From a virus (taxonomy: Duplodnaviria; Caudoviricetes): a DNA stretch of 51,435 nucleotides. Numbering within the stretch: position 1 is the stretch's first letter; each line of letters begins with the position of its first letter. The notes beneath the pieces are model-generated. The model searched no databases. It was not told where the DNA came from and saw only the letters and a program-made list of their open reading frames with translations. Of the stretch, positions 36,387 through 45,846 are shown piece after piece. The stretch spans positions 1-51,435 of the IMG/VR virus record IMGVR_UViG_3300031949_000055. One strand, 5' to 3'. A program made the position numbers and the translations under genes.

Positions 36387-37893
36387 CCAGGATTTCATCG
36401 CAGCACAGAGCGGGTTCTCCCGGGTGTTCCTCATCGAGAACCGGGCCCGGCCGGACCACGCCCATAGCTTCGAGGGGTTCATGCGCGCCCAGGCCCCCAG
36501 CAAGGGCTATGGCGACGTAACCAAGATTGAAACGCCGGACCCGGACAACTACGGGAAGTTCCGGGAGGTGGGCCGCATCCGGGGCGAGGAGGAGCGCGCC
36601 AGCATCACGCTGGAGGGGCGCTACGCGGCGGACCTGCGTTCGGCCATGCTGCGCCTGGCGAACAAGGGATGCGCCCTGGATGTCCAGGTGCACTTTGGCG
36701 TCTGCGACCCGCCGAGCCAGTTCGACGCCTTCCTCAAGGCGCTCATCCTGGAGGACGCGCTCATCGTCAACTGGGAAGCCGACGACCTGGGAGCGTTGGG
36801 AAGCGGCGACCAGGCGGTCGTGAACGAGCGCATCGAGGTGAGCGCCAAGCTCATCTACGACGTCGTGCCGTTGAAGTTCGCAGAGAAGGCCGAGGATGTG
36901 CTCACGAACGAGGGCATCGATGTGGTCATCTGCGACGACATCTCCTGTGGGGATTGCACGGAGGAGAGCGACGGGTGCCAGCGCATCTATGTCCTGACCA
37001 AGGCGGCGGGCGGAAGCCCGGGAACGGCGGCCGACATCGCCTACTCGCTCAATGGCGGACAGACCTGGTACGCCCATGATGTGGACACGCTCGGGGCGGC
37101 CGAGGAGCCCAATGCGCTCGGCTGTGTCGGGGTGTACATCGTCGTGGTCAGCGTCACTTCGCTGAGCCTGCACTACGCCCCGAAAGAGGATTTCAAGGCG
37201 GGCACTGGCGACCCGGCGTTTACCGAAGTGGCGACGGGCTTCGTGGTGGGCAAGGGCCCGCAGGACATCTGGAGCCTGGGGAACTTGGCGTTCGTGGTCG
37301 GCAAGGGTGGGTACGTCTACCTGCTCGAGGACCCGACGGCAGGCGTGACGGTGTTGGACGCCGGAGTGGCGACGGTGGACGACCTGAATGCCATCCATGC
37401 GCTCAGCGCCAGGTTCGCCGTGGCGGTAGGCAACAACGGAGCCGTGGTGTTCACCGAGAACGGCGTGACCTGGCAGGCAGCCACGGTGCGCCCGACTGGT
37501 GTGGGTGTTCACCTCAAGACGGTGCGCGCCAAGAGCCACAAGGAATGGTGGGTGGGGACGAGCAACGGGCGGCTGTACTACACGCTGGACGGCGGGGCGA
37601 GCTGGACCGAGAAGGCGTTCCCGCACAGTGGTGTCGGTGTCGTGCGGGAGCTGGAGATGGCGAGCGATACCATCTTCTACATGACCCACGACACGGCTGC
37701 CCCGAAGGGCGAGCTGCTGGCGAGCTGGAATGGCGGCTACAGCTGGACGCTGCTGCCGCAGACAAGCGCCGTGCTGGTCGATGCAGACCGATTCACGGCC
37801 ATCGCCGCATGCAAGGCCGACCCGCACCTGCTGGTGGCGGTGGGCCTGGATGGAGCTGGCTCCGACGGCATCGTGGTCGTCGGGGATATGTAA
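36379..37893 (+). CDS. Putative major tail tube protein with a C-terminal Asp-box/BNR beta-propeller
   Basis: Directly upstream of the chaperone and tape measure genes; repeats SLNGGQTW, TENGVTW, TLDGGASW, SWNGGYSW. Confidence 0.6.
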   Translation: MSDQDFIAAQSGFSRVFLIENRARPDHAHSFEGFMRAQAPSKGYGDVTKIETPDPDNYGKFREVGRIRGEEERASITLEGRYAADLRSAMLRLANKGCALDVQVHFGVCDPPSQFDAFLKALILEDALIVNWEADDLGALGSGDQAVVNERIEVSAKLIYDVVPLKFAEKAEDVLTNEGIDVVICDDISCGDCTEESDGCQRIYVLTKAAGGSPGTAADIAYSLNGGQTWYAHDVDTLGAAEEPNALGCVGVYIVVVSVTSLSLHYAPKEDFKAGTGDPAFTEVATGFVVGKGPQDIWSLGNLAFVVGKGGYVYLLEDPTAGVTVLDAGVATVDDLNAIHALSARFAVAVGNNGAVVFTENGVTWQAATVRPTGVGVHLKTVRAKSHKEWWVGTSNGRLYYTLDGGASWTEKAFPHSGVGVVRELEMASDTIFYMTHDTAAPKGELLASWNGGYSWTLLPQTSAVLVDADRFTAIAACKADPHLLVAVGLDGAGSDGIVVVGDM

Positions 37894-37931
37894 GCTGACC
37901 GACAACTGACACTTCGGACTGGAGGCGAAAC

Positions 37932-38468
37932 ATGGACGGTGCAAGCCCGGCAGTAGCCGTCGCGCGCGAGCAGATGAGCGACGGCATCGTAACCCTGAGC
38001 ACGGGGGTGCGGGCGCGGTTGCGACCCGTGGCCGCCACGCTCATCGAGGAGGTGACCTCACACATCAGCAACCCGCCCGTGCCCAGCTGGTTCAACACGG
38101 ACAAGGACCGGGAGGAGCCCAACCCAGGCGACCCGGAATACAGACGGGCCGTGGCGGAGGCCAACCGGAAGCGCGGCATCGCCGCCATTGACGCGCTGGT
38201 GATGTTCGGCGTGCAATTGGTGGAACCGATTCCGCCCGACAAGGATTGGCTGGACCAGCTCAAGTTCTTCGAACGGCGAGGACACTTGTCGCTGGCAAGC
38301 TACGACTTGACCAACCCACTGGACCGGGAGTTCCTTTACAAACGGTTTATCGCCGTCGCTTCCGAGGACCTCATAATCCTCAGCAAGAACAGCGGCGTGC
38401 GGCCGGAGGAGGTGAGCCGCGCGGCTGTCTCTTTTCCGGGTGGAGCAGCGGGGGACGCCAGTTCTTGA
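37932..38468 (+). CDS. Tail assembly chaperone (gpG-like)
   Basis: Between the tail tube and tape measure genes; GGAGG SD. Confidence 0.65.
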   Translation: MDGASPAVAVAREQMSDGIVTLSTGVRARLRPVAATLIEEVTSHISNPPVPSWFNTDKDREEPNPGDPEYRRAVAEANRKRGIAAIDALVMFGVQLVEPIPPDKDWLDQLKFFERRGHLSLASYDLTNPLDREFLYKRFIAVASEDLIILSKNSGVRPEEVSRAAVSFPGGAAGDASS

Positions 38469-38706
38469 CATCTCGCCGGGTGGCACCGTATCGCCGGCCA
38501 TCAGTTACTCCGGAGCTTACGAGGAATGGGAAGCGTGTATCGCGGCCGGGCTGGACATCTCCATCTGGGAGGGCGGGGGTTACCCGGTTGTTCTCAAGGC
38601 CCGCACGGTGGCTTGGTACCGGTTGCGTAATCAGGCGGCCTTGCTGGCAGATGTCGAACGAGAGAGGGCGGTCCGCAAGCAGATGAGACGAAGGGGTAGG
38701 CGCTGA
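38440..38706 (+). CDS. gpT-like chaperone extension, probably reached by frameshift
   Basis: Overlaps the 3' end of the upstream gene in the +1 frame; no well-spaced SD; stop overlaps the tape measure ATG. Confidence 0.55.
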   Translation: MEQRGTPVLDISPGGTVSPAISYSGAYEEWEACIAAGLDISIWEGGGYPVVLKARTVAWYRLRNQAALLADVERERAVRKQMRRRGRR

Positions 38707-40742
38707 TGGGACGATTCACCCCGATGGGGGTTGAAGCCGTCGTCAAGAATCTCAACGGCTATATCAGCGACCTCCACAAGATGGAGGGAAGCACGCGGGG
38801 CGTCTCCGGCGCGCTTGGGACGATAGCGGTCGGAGCCGCTACAGCGGGAGCGGCCGTAGCTGCCTTGGCCGTGGCAGCGGCGGCGGTCGCGGGCGCAGGC
38901 TTGTTCGTCGCCATCCAGACCGGCATACGGGAGACTTCCGAGGCTGAGCAGGTGATGGCGACGTTCGATGCCACGCTGAGAGCTGTGGCGAGCACGTCGA
39001 CCATCGCCGAGAATGCCTCCTTCATGCTGGCATGGCGGCAGGGCAAACTGAAAGACGCCCTGGCGGCGGCGGGCAGCGAGATGACGGAGCAAGAGCGTTC
39101 CGCCTTCATGCTCGCCTGGCAGCAAGGCAACCTCGAAAAGGCCATCGCGGCGGTCGGTCAGGTCTCGACCGTGACCAGGGATGAAGCAGAAGGCCTGGCG
39201 ATGAAGTACAGGGACCTGGCCGGAGGCAGCGATGAAGCGGTGCTGTCGGCCGAGACCGTGCTCCTGCGCTTCTCGCAGCTGCGGGGAGATGCTTTCGAGC
39301 CCGCCCTGCAGGTGGCGCTCGACTTGGCGGCAGCGTTGGGGACGGACGTGCCAACGGCAGCGAGCATGTTGGGCCGGGCGCTGGAGGTGCCGGGAGAAGG
39401 ACTGCGGGCACTCAAGGCCGCTGGCATCGTGCTGACCGACCAGCAGAAGGACATGATTGACCGGATGGTGGAGACCGGCGATGTGGCGGGCGCGCAGACT
39501 TTCCTGCTGGACGCGCTCACAGGGACCATCGGCGGCACGGCGGCGGCAGCCGCCGACACTTTCAGCGGGCGCATGACCATCATGCGGAACCACGTCCTGG
39601 AGGCAACCGAAGGCCTCGGGAAAAGCCTCATGCCGACCATCGGGCAATTCATCACGCAATTCATTGACCCGGCGGTCGCAGGCGTGGAGGACTTTCTGGC
39701 GGTGCTCGGGCCCAAACTGGGGGACGTCAGTGGCGACGTGGTGGATGCGTTCGGTGAGACGGCCGGAGCTGTGGGAGAACTCATGGCGTCCCTCGGCATC
39801 GAGCCGAGCGCCGAGGGGATTGCGGACTTCATCGCAGGCATTGTCAGCGGGGCAGCGGACCTCATCGGAGCAGTGGGCCAGGTGGCGAACTGGCTGCGGG
39901 AGGAGCTGCCAGGAGCCATCGCCATCGCCCAGGAGTGGCTGCAACCGCTCATCGACGGAGTCATGGCCCTGTTCGGGGCCATGAGTGAGGACGCGCCCGA
40001 GGCGCAAACCGCCTTGCAGGGCTTCCTCGATTTCTGGAGCAGCAGCATCGCCCCGACCCTGGCTATCGTCGCCGCGAACGTCAAGGGAATCATCGAAGGG
40101 CTCGGAGGGGTATTCCAGCAGCTGGCCGGTTGGTGGGAGCAGCACGGCCAGACTGTCATCGATGTCGTCGGCTTTGTGTTCCGCTTCGTGACGGCGACGA
40201 TTGCAGGAGCCCTGGCGCTCATCACCGGAATCATCAACGCCGCCCTGGCGGTCATCAACGGCGATTGGGGAGCGGCCTGGGACGCCATCCTCGGCGCGCT
40301 CGGCGGCTTCTTCAACGCCGCACTTGGCATCGTCGGGGAGAACCTGGGCTCCTTCATCACGACCTGGCGGACGAACTTCGAGATGGCCGGGACCATCGTG
40401 CGGACGGTGTTCGACCGGGTCAAGAAGGCCGTCGTGGACGTCATCCAGAGCATCATCCGCAAGGTGGCGGAGCTCGCCAAGAAGATTACTGACGCCCTTC
40501 CCGACTGGCTCATCCCGCACAGCCCGACACCGTTCGAGATTGGCGTGCGGGGCATCCGGAGGGAGCTGGGTCGGATGACGGCCGAGGTGCGGGTCCCGGC
40601 TATGGCGAGCCTCATGCCTGCGATGGCCATGGCCCAAGCGGGGCCGAGCCGGACGAACAACGTGAGCATCGGCTCGGTGAATAACCAGGGCATCGGCAGC
40701 GGGGTGTTCGACCGGGCTATGCGCGATTGGTTGGGAGGCTGA
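38706..40742 (+). CDS. Tape measure protein
   Basis: 678 aa, Ala/Gly-rich and helical; AADTFSGRM, aromatic-spaced repeats, GDWGAAW, PHSP. Confidence 0.9.
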   Translation: MGRFTPMGVEAVVKNLNGYISDLHKMEGSTRGVSGALGTIAVGAATAGAAVAALAVAAAAVAGAGLFVAIQTGIRETSEAEQVMATFDATLRAVASTSTIAENASFMLAWRQGKLKDALAAAGSEMTEQERSAFMLAWQQGNLEKAIAAVGQVSTVTRDEAEGLAMKYRDLAGGSDEAVLSAETVLLRFSQLRGDAFEPALQVALDLAAALGTDVPTAASMLGRALEVPGEGLRALKAAGIVLTDQQKDMIDRMVETGDVAGAQTFLLDALTGTIGGTAAAAADTFSGRMTIMRNHVLEATEGLGKSLMPTIGQFITQFIDPAVAGVEDFLAVLGPKLGDVSGDVVDAFGETAGAVGELMASLGIEPSAEGIADFIAGIVSGAADLIGAVGQVANWLREELPGAIAIAQEWLQPLIDGVMALFGAMSEDAPEAQTALQGFLDFWSSSIAPTLAIVAANVKGIIEGLGGVFQQLAGWWEQHGQTVIDVVGFVFRFVTATIAGALALITGIINAALAVINGDWGAAWDAILGALGGFFNAALGIVGENLGSFITTWRTNFEMAGTIVRTVFDRVKKAVVDVIQSIIRKVAELAKKITDALPDWLIPHSPTPFEIGVRGIRRELGRMTAEVRVPAMASLMPAMAMAQAGPSRTNNVSIGSVNNQGIGSGVFDRAMRDWLGG

Positions 40743-40743
40743 G

Positions 40744-43242
40744 GTGCAGTGGCCGAAGCGTGAAGCCGTCTGGAGGTTGCAGACCGACGAGGACGAGATT
40801 GACCTGTTCCGAGTCGAGGACGAGAGTGTCATGGCCCCGATACCGCAGGGGCCGGACGATACCGCGCTGGACCCAGAGGCCTACGACCGGGTCGGCAGCG
40901 GGCTAGAAGCGCTGCTGTTCACGGAGCGGGCGGGCATCGTCGTGCGGGAGCACAACGTCGACGGCCTGGCGCGAGAACACAACCGGCTCACCCAGGCGGC
41001 CCGCAAGGCGCAGCAGTATCGAGAACGGGGCAACCGCTACCGAGCGCCGGTCGTCATGCTGCAGAAGGCACCCGGCGAGACAAACCCACGGTACGCGGTG
41101 GTGCATTCCATCCCTCAGTACGAGAACCCTTCGAGCATCTGGACGCCAGCAATGGCGCAGCAGAACGCCATACAGAACCTGAAAGTCAGCATTGCCCGCT
41201 ATATCTGGCGGGACCAGGTGCCAGGCGTGCGGGGCAGCCCTATCCGCCTGACCCCGTTGAACAGTCACCCCGATGACGGCGCACTGGCCTGGTCCTTCGT
41301 CGGGAACCACCGCCAAGAGAACGGAGCCGTCACTCACATCTACCGCTTCGACGCCTCGGCCTTAGCCATTCTCAATCCGGGCTTCGAGACGGCCGGCGGC
41401 GGGGGGGCGGATGTATTCGCAGACTGGTGGGAGACCGCAAGCGACGGGACCATCGTTCGATCAACGGGAGCCAACCAATTCCATCTTGGCGCGGCCGGGT
41501 GTGAGCTAACCTCGGGCCCTCTCGCAGACGGCAGCGTACGCGTTCATCAGGACTTCGTGGTGACGCCCGCCACGAACTACGTCCTGTCCTTCTGGACACG
41601 AGGGGACGGCTCCAATCCGGGGAATTACAGCATCTTCGACTTGACTGGCTCGGCGTGGATAGTCGGCCCGGTCGTCAGCACGGGAGTCCCTGGCACATCA
41701 TGGCAGATAGTCCAGGTCCCGTTCACGACGCCCGCCGGTTGCATTTCCCTCCGTGTTCATTTTCGGGGACCAACAGTCAACGGCGGCATCGCCTACTTCG
41801 ATGAGGCGTCGTTTAGTTTCTCGGTGAACCTGGTCGGGACAGAGCATGACCTATTCGACGCCGACCCCGAGGCGGGCGACATCTATTACATCGGCTTCCC
41901 GGCGACCGAGCCAGGCTTCCACTTGGCCGGGAGGCTGGTCACGGCGGGCATCTATAGCGGCCTAGTCTGGATTCTCGAGTACTCGGATGGGGCCGCCGGA
42001 TGGCCGGACTTCACGCTGGGTAGCCACTACACCCGGTTCCCCGACGATGAGATGTGGAACCAACTCGGTCCGGTCCTGCTCAGTTGGAGCGGCTACAACG
42101 ACGTCAATGCCTGGGCAGCCGAGGCGGTCAACGGAGTCAGCCGCTTGTGGGTGCGGATGAGGGTGACGGCGCTGACTTCGATGACGACGAGTCCTCGCAT
42201 CGCCAGCGACCACATGGCGCTCAGGCGAGCCGAATTGGAGATACCAGCCACATCGCTGCGAGGCCGGACCGCACCCTACATGATGATGCGCGTCAAGACG
42301 CCCTCGGGCGGGGATGGGACGCCGGGAAAGATAGGCAACATCTCACGCATCATTGTTGGGGCCAAGACGGAGAATCTGACGACATTCCGCAACCGGATAA
42401 ACCTCGGCAACGCCGGGAACCCGGCCGCCATCGTCGTGACCTATGGGACAGACACCTCCGCTGTAGCAAGCACTCGACATCCGGGCGGTGCGCTTGCCCA
42501 ATGCACCTTCGCTACAGACACGACAATGACGATGCGGTGCCGAGTGACACTGACGGACCTGTTGGAGGCTTTCAAGGGCGAGTACCGGGTGTTCCTGAGG
42601 TGCGGGCAGGTGGGCGGGGTGGCGGGGGACGACTATGTGAAGTTGAGAGCGGCGCTCATCTCGTCCACGACCTACTTCCCCATCCAGGACTTCCCCGAAG
42701 TCCGTCTGGCCAGCCTGGCCGCGGCGGGGAATCTCGACGAACTCGTCAACCTCACGCCGGGCGGTTATCTCACCCTGCCCTTTTCCGAGGTGGACGAGGC
42801 CGACCCGAGTTACGCCACAGCCAACCTGGTGCTGGAGGTTCACGCCAAGGGAACAGCGGCCTCGGACTTATTCCCATTCGAACTCATCCTCATCCCGACG
42901 AATGAGTGGTCGACCGAATACGCCGACCCGCTTGCGAACCCGACCAACGGCTCGAGCGCGCTGCGGGGCGACAGCATCCTCGAGGACGATGGGGGTGTCA
43001 TCCGAGACCGAACCATCAAACGACTCATCAGCGAGGGCGTGGAGCTGGGCACGGACTTCTGGACACGTCGCGGGCTGCCGCCTCGCCTGGAGCCCGGGAA
43101 GCAAACGCGCCTCTACTTCCTGTTCGGCTTCTTCCCCGTGACGGGCTTCGGACAGGTGCCGCTGCTGGCCCAACCCGGAATGGGGGCCCTCGTCGAGCTG
43201 TACGCCCACGCCTGCTACCACTTCCTGCGCGGGGACGACTGA
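40744..43242 (+). CDS. Distal-tail-like protein with an inserted CBM4/9-like carbohydrate-binding module
   Basis: First gene after the tape measure gene; NPGFE...YVLSFW...WQIVQVPFTTP...YFDEAS insert at about 41370-41820. Confidence 0.65.
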   Translation: MQWPKREAVWRLQTDEDEIDLFRVEDESVMAPIPQGPDDTALDPEAYDRVGSGLEALLFTERAGIVVREHNVDGLAREHNRLTQAARKAQQYRERGNRYRAPVVMLQKAPGETNPRYAVVHSIPQYENPSSIWTPAMAQQNAIQNLKVSIARYIWRDQVPGVRGSPIRLTPLNSHPDDGALAWSFVGNHRQENGAVTHIYRFDASALAILNPGFETAGGGGADVFADWWETASDGTIVRSTGANQFHLGAAGCELTSGPLADGSVRVHQDFVVTPATNYVLSFWTRGDGSNPGNYSIFDLTGSAWIVGPVVSTGVPGTSWQIVQVPFTTPAGCISLRVHFRGPTVNGGIAYFDEASFSFSVNLVGTEHDLFDADPEAGDIYYIGFPATEPGFHLAGRLVTAGIYSGLVWILEYSDGAAGWPDFTLGSHYTRFPDDEMWNQLGPVLLSWSGYNDVNAWAAEAVNGVSRLWVRMRVTALTSMTTSPRIASDHMALRRAELEIPATSLRGRTAPYMMMRVKTPSGGDGTPGKIGNISRIIVGAKTENLTTFRNRINLGNAGNPAAIVVTYGTDTSAVASTRHPGGALAQCTFATDTTMTMRCRVTLTDLLEAFKGEYRVFLRCGQVGGVAGDDYVKLRAALISSTTYFPIQDFPEVRLASLAAAGNLDELVNLTPGGYLTLPFSEVDEADPSYATANLVLEVHAKGTAASDLFPFELILIPTNEWSTEYADPLANPTNGSSALRGDSILEDDGGVIRDRTIKRLISEGVELGTDFWTRRGLPPRLEPGKQTRLYFLFGFFPVTGFGQVPLLAQPGMGALVELYAHACYHFLRGDD

Positions 43243-44120
43243 TGAGCCTGGCGAACATCGTCGTTGTGCACAACCCGGCGACGCTGTGGGAACGGTACCG
43301 GCGGAATATCCCCCTGTCCGACGTGACAGACTGGAAAATGGTCGAGCGCGAGGAGGGTGGCTACTACTCGGCCACGTTCTCTTTCCGGCCCAAGAGCCGG
43401 GAGGATGCGCTGGAGTTCCTCAACAACGGAGTCGGCCGGATATCCGAGTTTTACAACGACCGCGGGATAGGCGACTGGGAGGGGATGGTCAAGCGGGTGA
43501 GCATCGACACCGGCATCGTCAAAGTGACCAACGACCTTGGCGACATGGCTAACGCGGTGCTGGTTCGGTACACCCCGGTAGGAGGCGGAACGCCCACGCG
43601 CAGCGCAGTGAAAACGCATGCCGCCAGCCAAACGCGGTTCGGGAAGAAGTACTTTGTTCTCTCCGGCGGAGAGATGGCGGCGGCCGTCGCCGACCAGCGC
43701 GCGCAGCTCTACCTCGACCAGGTTTTCTGGTCGTCGCCAAGGCTGGAGAGCGTCGACCAGGCCGGCAAGTTCAAGGCCGAGGGCATCACCGTCGACGTGC
43801 AGTGCATCGGCCTGAGTGAGGCGATGGAGTTCGTGCTTTATAACCAGACGGCGCTGACCGGCCAGGTGGACGCCTCCATCGTCGTGGCGGCCATCTTCGC
43901 CAACGCCGAGGTTATGCAGTTCATCAAGTCCTTCGAGGTGGCGACCAACGTCACGCCAGTCAGCAGGGAGTTCGATAACGACCGGAGACCGATGGAGATT
44001 CTCAAGAGCCTCGCATCGCTCGGCGACAGCAACCGCAACCCCTATGTGGTCGGGGTTGAGGCCGACCGCCACGCCTACTTCCGGCAGGGTGTGCCCTACC
44101 GGATTCCGGGGCAGACATGA
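43242..44120 (+). CDS. Tail tip / baseplate-hub-like protein
   Basis: GGYYSATF, WEGMV and SQTRFGKK segments; position. Confidence 0.6.
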   Translation: MSLANIVVVHNPATLWERYRRNIPLSDVTDWKMVEREEGGYYSATFSFRPKSREDALEFLNNGVGRISEFYNDRGIGDWEGMVKRVSIDTGIVKVTNDLGDMANAVLVRYTPVGGGTPTRSAVKTHAASQTRFGKKYFVLSGGEMAAAVADQRAQLYLDQVFWSSPRLESVDQAGKFKAEGITVDVQCIGLSEAMEFVLYNQTALTGQVDASIVVAAIFANAEVMQFIKSFEVATNVTPVSREFDNDRRPMEILKSLASLGDSNRNPYVVGVEADRHAYFRQGVPYRIPGQT

Positions 44121-45604
44121 GAGGCGGACGGACCGCGCGCGTTACGGAGGAGCAGGGCCGGGTGACCAGCGAGATATTCCTGCGCCCGGTGGACTACGTG
44201 CGGGATGGAGTGCTGCGAGAGATACCACAGGACCTGTTGGCCGGGCAGATGGAGGAGCAGCACCCGCATGGGTTCGACGCTTTCATGACGGGCGGCTTCT
44301 GCCGAGTGCTGGACCCAGAAGTGCCGGTGATGTGGATGCTCGACCGATTCGACGAGCGGCTGGAGGTCTACGCGCTCAACACCATCCCGACCATCCAAGG
44401 GGTGCGCCGACGTCAGGGAGTGCGTTACCCGAACGCCTGGCCCGCCGCCGACCTGGAGTTCGAATACGCCGGGCACCTGGTGCGGAAACTCATCCGCCTG
44501 CAGGCGGGGCACCCGCTCGATTTCTCCTTCCGATTCAACCGTCAGCCCACGCCCGGACGTTTCCAGGGAGGCATGGCGTTCCGGGGCATCGAGGTGCCGC
44601 CGCCTTACCTCGTCGGCCCGGAAGGCGAGACTGTGGCGCTGCGATGGAAGCGAAGCGGCCTGAACGAGGTCACCGTCGAACTGCCGGTGCGGGATTGGGC
44701 GGGCTGGGTACTGGACCCAACGCTCACGCTACAGCCAGACGCGACGGCGGGCAAGGACACGAGTATTTGGCAGGAATTCTCAAATGGCACCAGCGGGGGA
44801 GAGCCAACATCAACAATTCTTGAGTTCGGCGACCGCCTTGTCGCCGACCGCGTGAGTCGCCCGCTACTGCAGTTCGACCTCTCGACCATTCTGCCGGGGA
44901 GTACCATCACATCAGCAATCCTGAGTCTTTGGAAGGACAGCACCCCCTCGTCCTTCAGCGGGATCACTGCCGGAAACTTCTATCGTCTGCTGAAGGCATG
45001 GGTCGAGGCTACTGCCACCTGGGCCAACTACGACACCGCTCTGCCATGGACAGGTCCCGGAGCAAGCGGCGTTGGGACGGACTTCAACACTCCTGCCATC
45101 GGCTCCATCGCCATTGCCGACGATGCCCCAGCGGGCACGAGATTCGATGTGACTCTGACGTCCTCCCTGATACAGGAGATCATCCCTGGAGGGACGCTGA
45201 CTAACAACGGATTCGTTTTGCGCCACTTTACAGCGGGCGACTTAGCCGAGGCTGTGCGATCAAGCGACCACGCCACCGCCGCCGAGCGCCCGAAACTGGT
45301 AGTGGTCTATGATCTCCCTGTAGTCAACCGGCTGGCGGCCTACTCGGTGAACCTGTGGGACCCGAAGGGCATCATCCGCGACCGGAATGGCAACCCGGTC
45401 GATGTGAACGAACTCCACGCCGGGCCATTCATTGAACTGCTGGGAGCGGACCTGCCTGGCACAGAGGTGTACCCGAACTTCTTCCAGGACCCGAGCAAGA
45501 CCAAGATATCGGAGGTCAGCAAGGGGCCGGAGGGGGCACGCATCAAGGCGTCGTCCAGCCAATTCGCCGACGCCATCGTGCGCCGAGCAGCGCAGGGCTT
45601 GTGA
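44117..45604 (+). CDS. Tail-associated protein with a DNRLRE-type domain
   Basis: GKDTSI, RPLLQFDLS, ITSAILSL, WVEATATW, NNGFVLR and SSD...RPKLVVVY motifs. Confidence 0.75.
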   Translation: MRGGRTARVTEEQGRVTSEIFLRPVDYVRDGVLREIPQDLLAGQMEEQHPHGFDAFMTGGFCRVLDPEVPVMWMLDRFDERLEVYALNTIPTIQGVRRRQGVRYPNAWPAADLEFEYAGHLVRKLIRLQAGHPLDFSFRFNRQPTPGRFQGGMAFRGIEVPPPYLVGPEGETVALRWKRSGLNEVTVELPVRDWAGWVLDPTLTLQPDATAGKDTSIWQEFSNGTSGGEPTSTILEFGDRLVADRVSRPLLQFDLSTILPGSTITSAILSLWKDSTPSSFSGITAGNFYRLLKAWVEATATWANYDTALPWTGPGASGVGTDFNTPAIGSIAIADDAPAGTRFDVTLTSSLIQEIIPGGTLTNNGFVLRHFTAGDLAEAVRSSDHATAAERPKLVVVYDLPVVNRLAAYSVNLWDPKGIIRDRNGNPVDVNELHAGPFIELLGADLPGTEVYPNFFQDPSKTKISEVSKGPEGARIKASSSQFADAIVRRAAQGL

Positions 45605-45605
45605 G

Positions 45606-45845
45606 ATGCCAGTCGTAGAGGGACCAGGCGGATACACTGGCGGGGGCTACGACTATAATGACCCCTCCGAAATCCTCGCCATGAAGACCGCCATGAAGAC
45701 GACGCAGGTAGGGGCGCTCGCCGGTAGTCATTCGGGCAGTGCTTCATCCCGGGCGAACACGGGTCTCACGGCCACGAAGGTTGGTGTGCTGAACGTGCCC
45801 TACGACCCGGAACTATGGGCCATCCTGGCGCTAGGCGGAGTGTGA
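45606..45845 (+). CDS. Small hypothetical protein
   Basis: Fills the gap between adjacent genes. Confidence 0.55.
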   Translation: MPVVEGPGGYTGGGYDYNDPSEILAMKTAMKTTQVGALAGSHSGSASSRANTGLTATKVGVLNVPYDPELWAILALGGV

Positions 45846-45846
45846 A

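Noticed and set aside
41395-41410. G homopolymer as a phase-variation tract
   Set aside because: Only seven G, encoding in-frame Gly residues; unremarkable in a GC-rich genome
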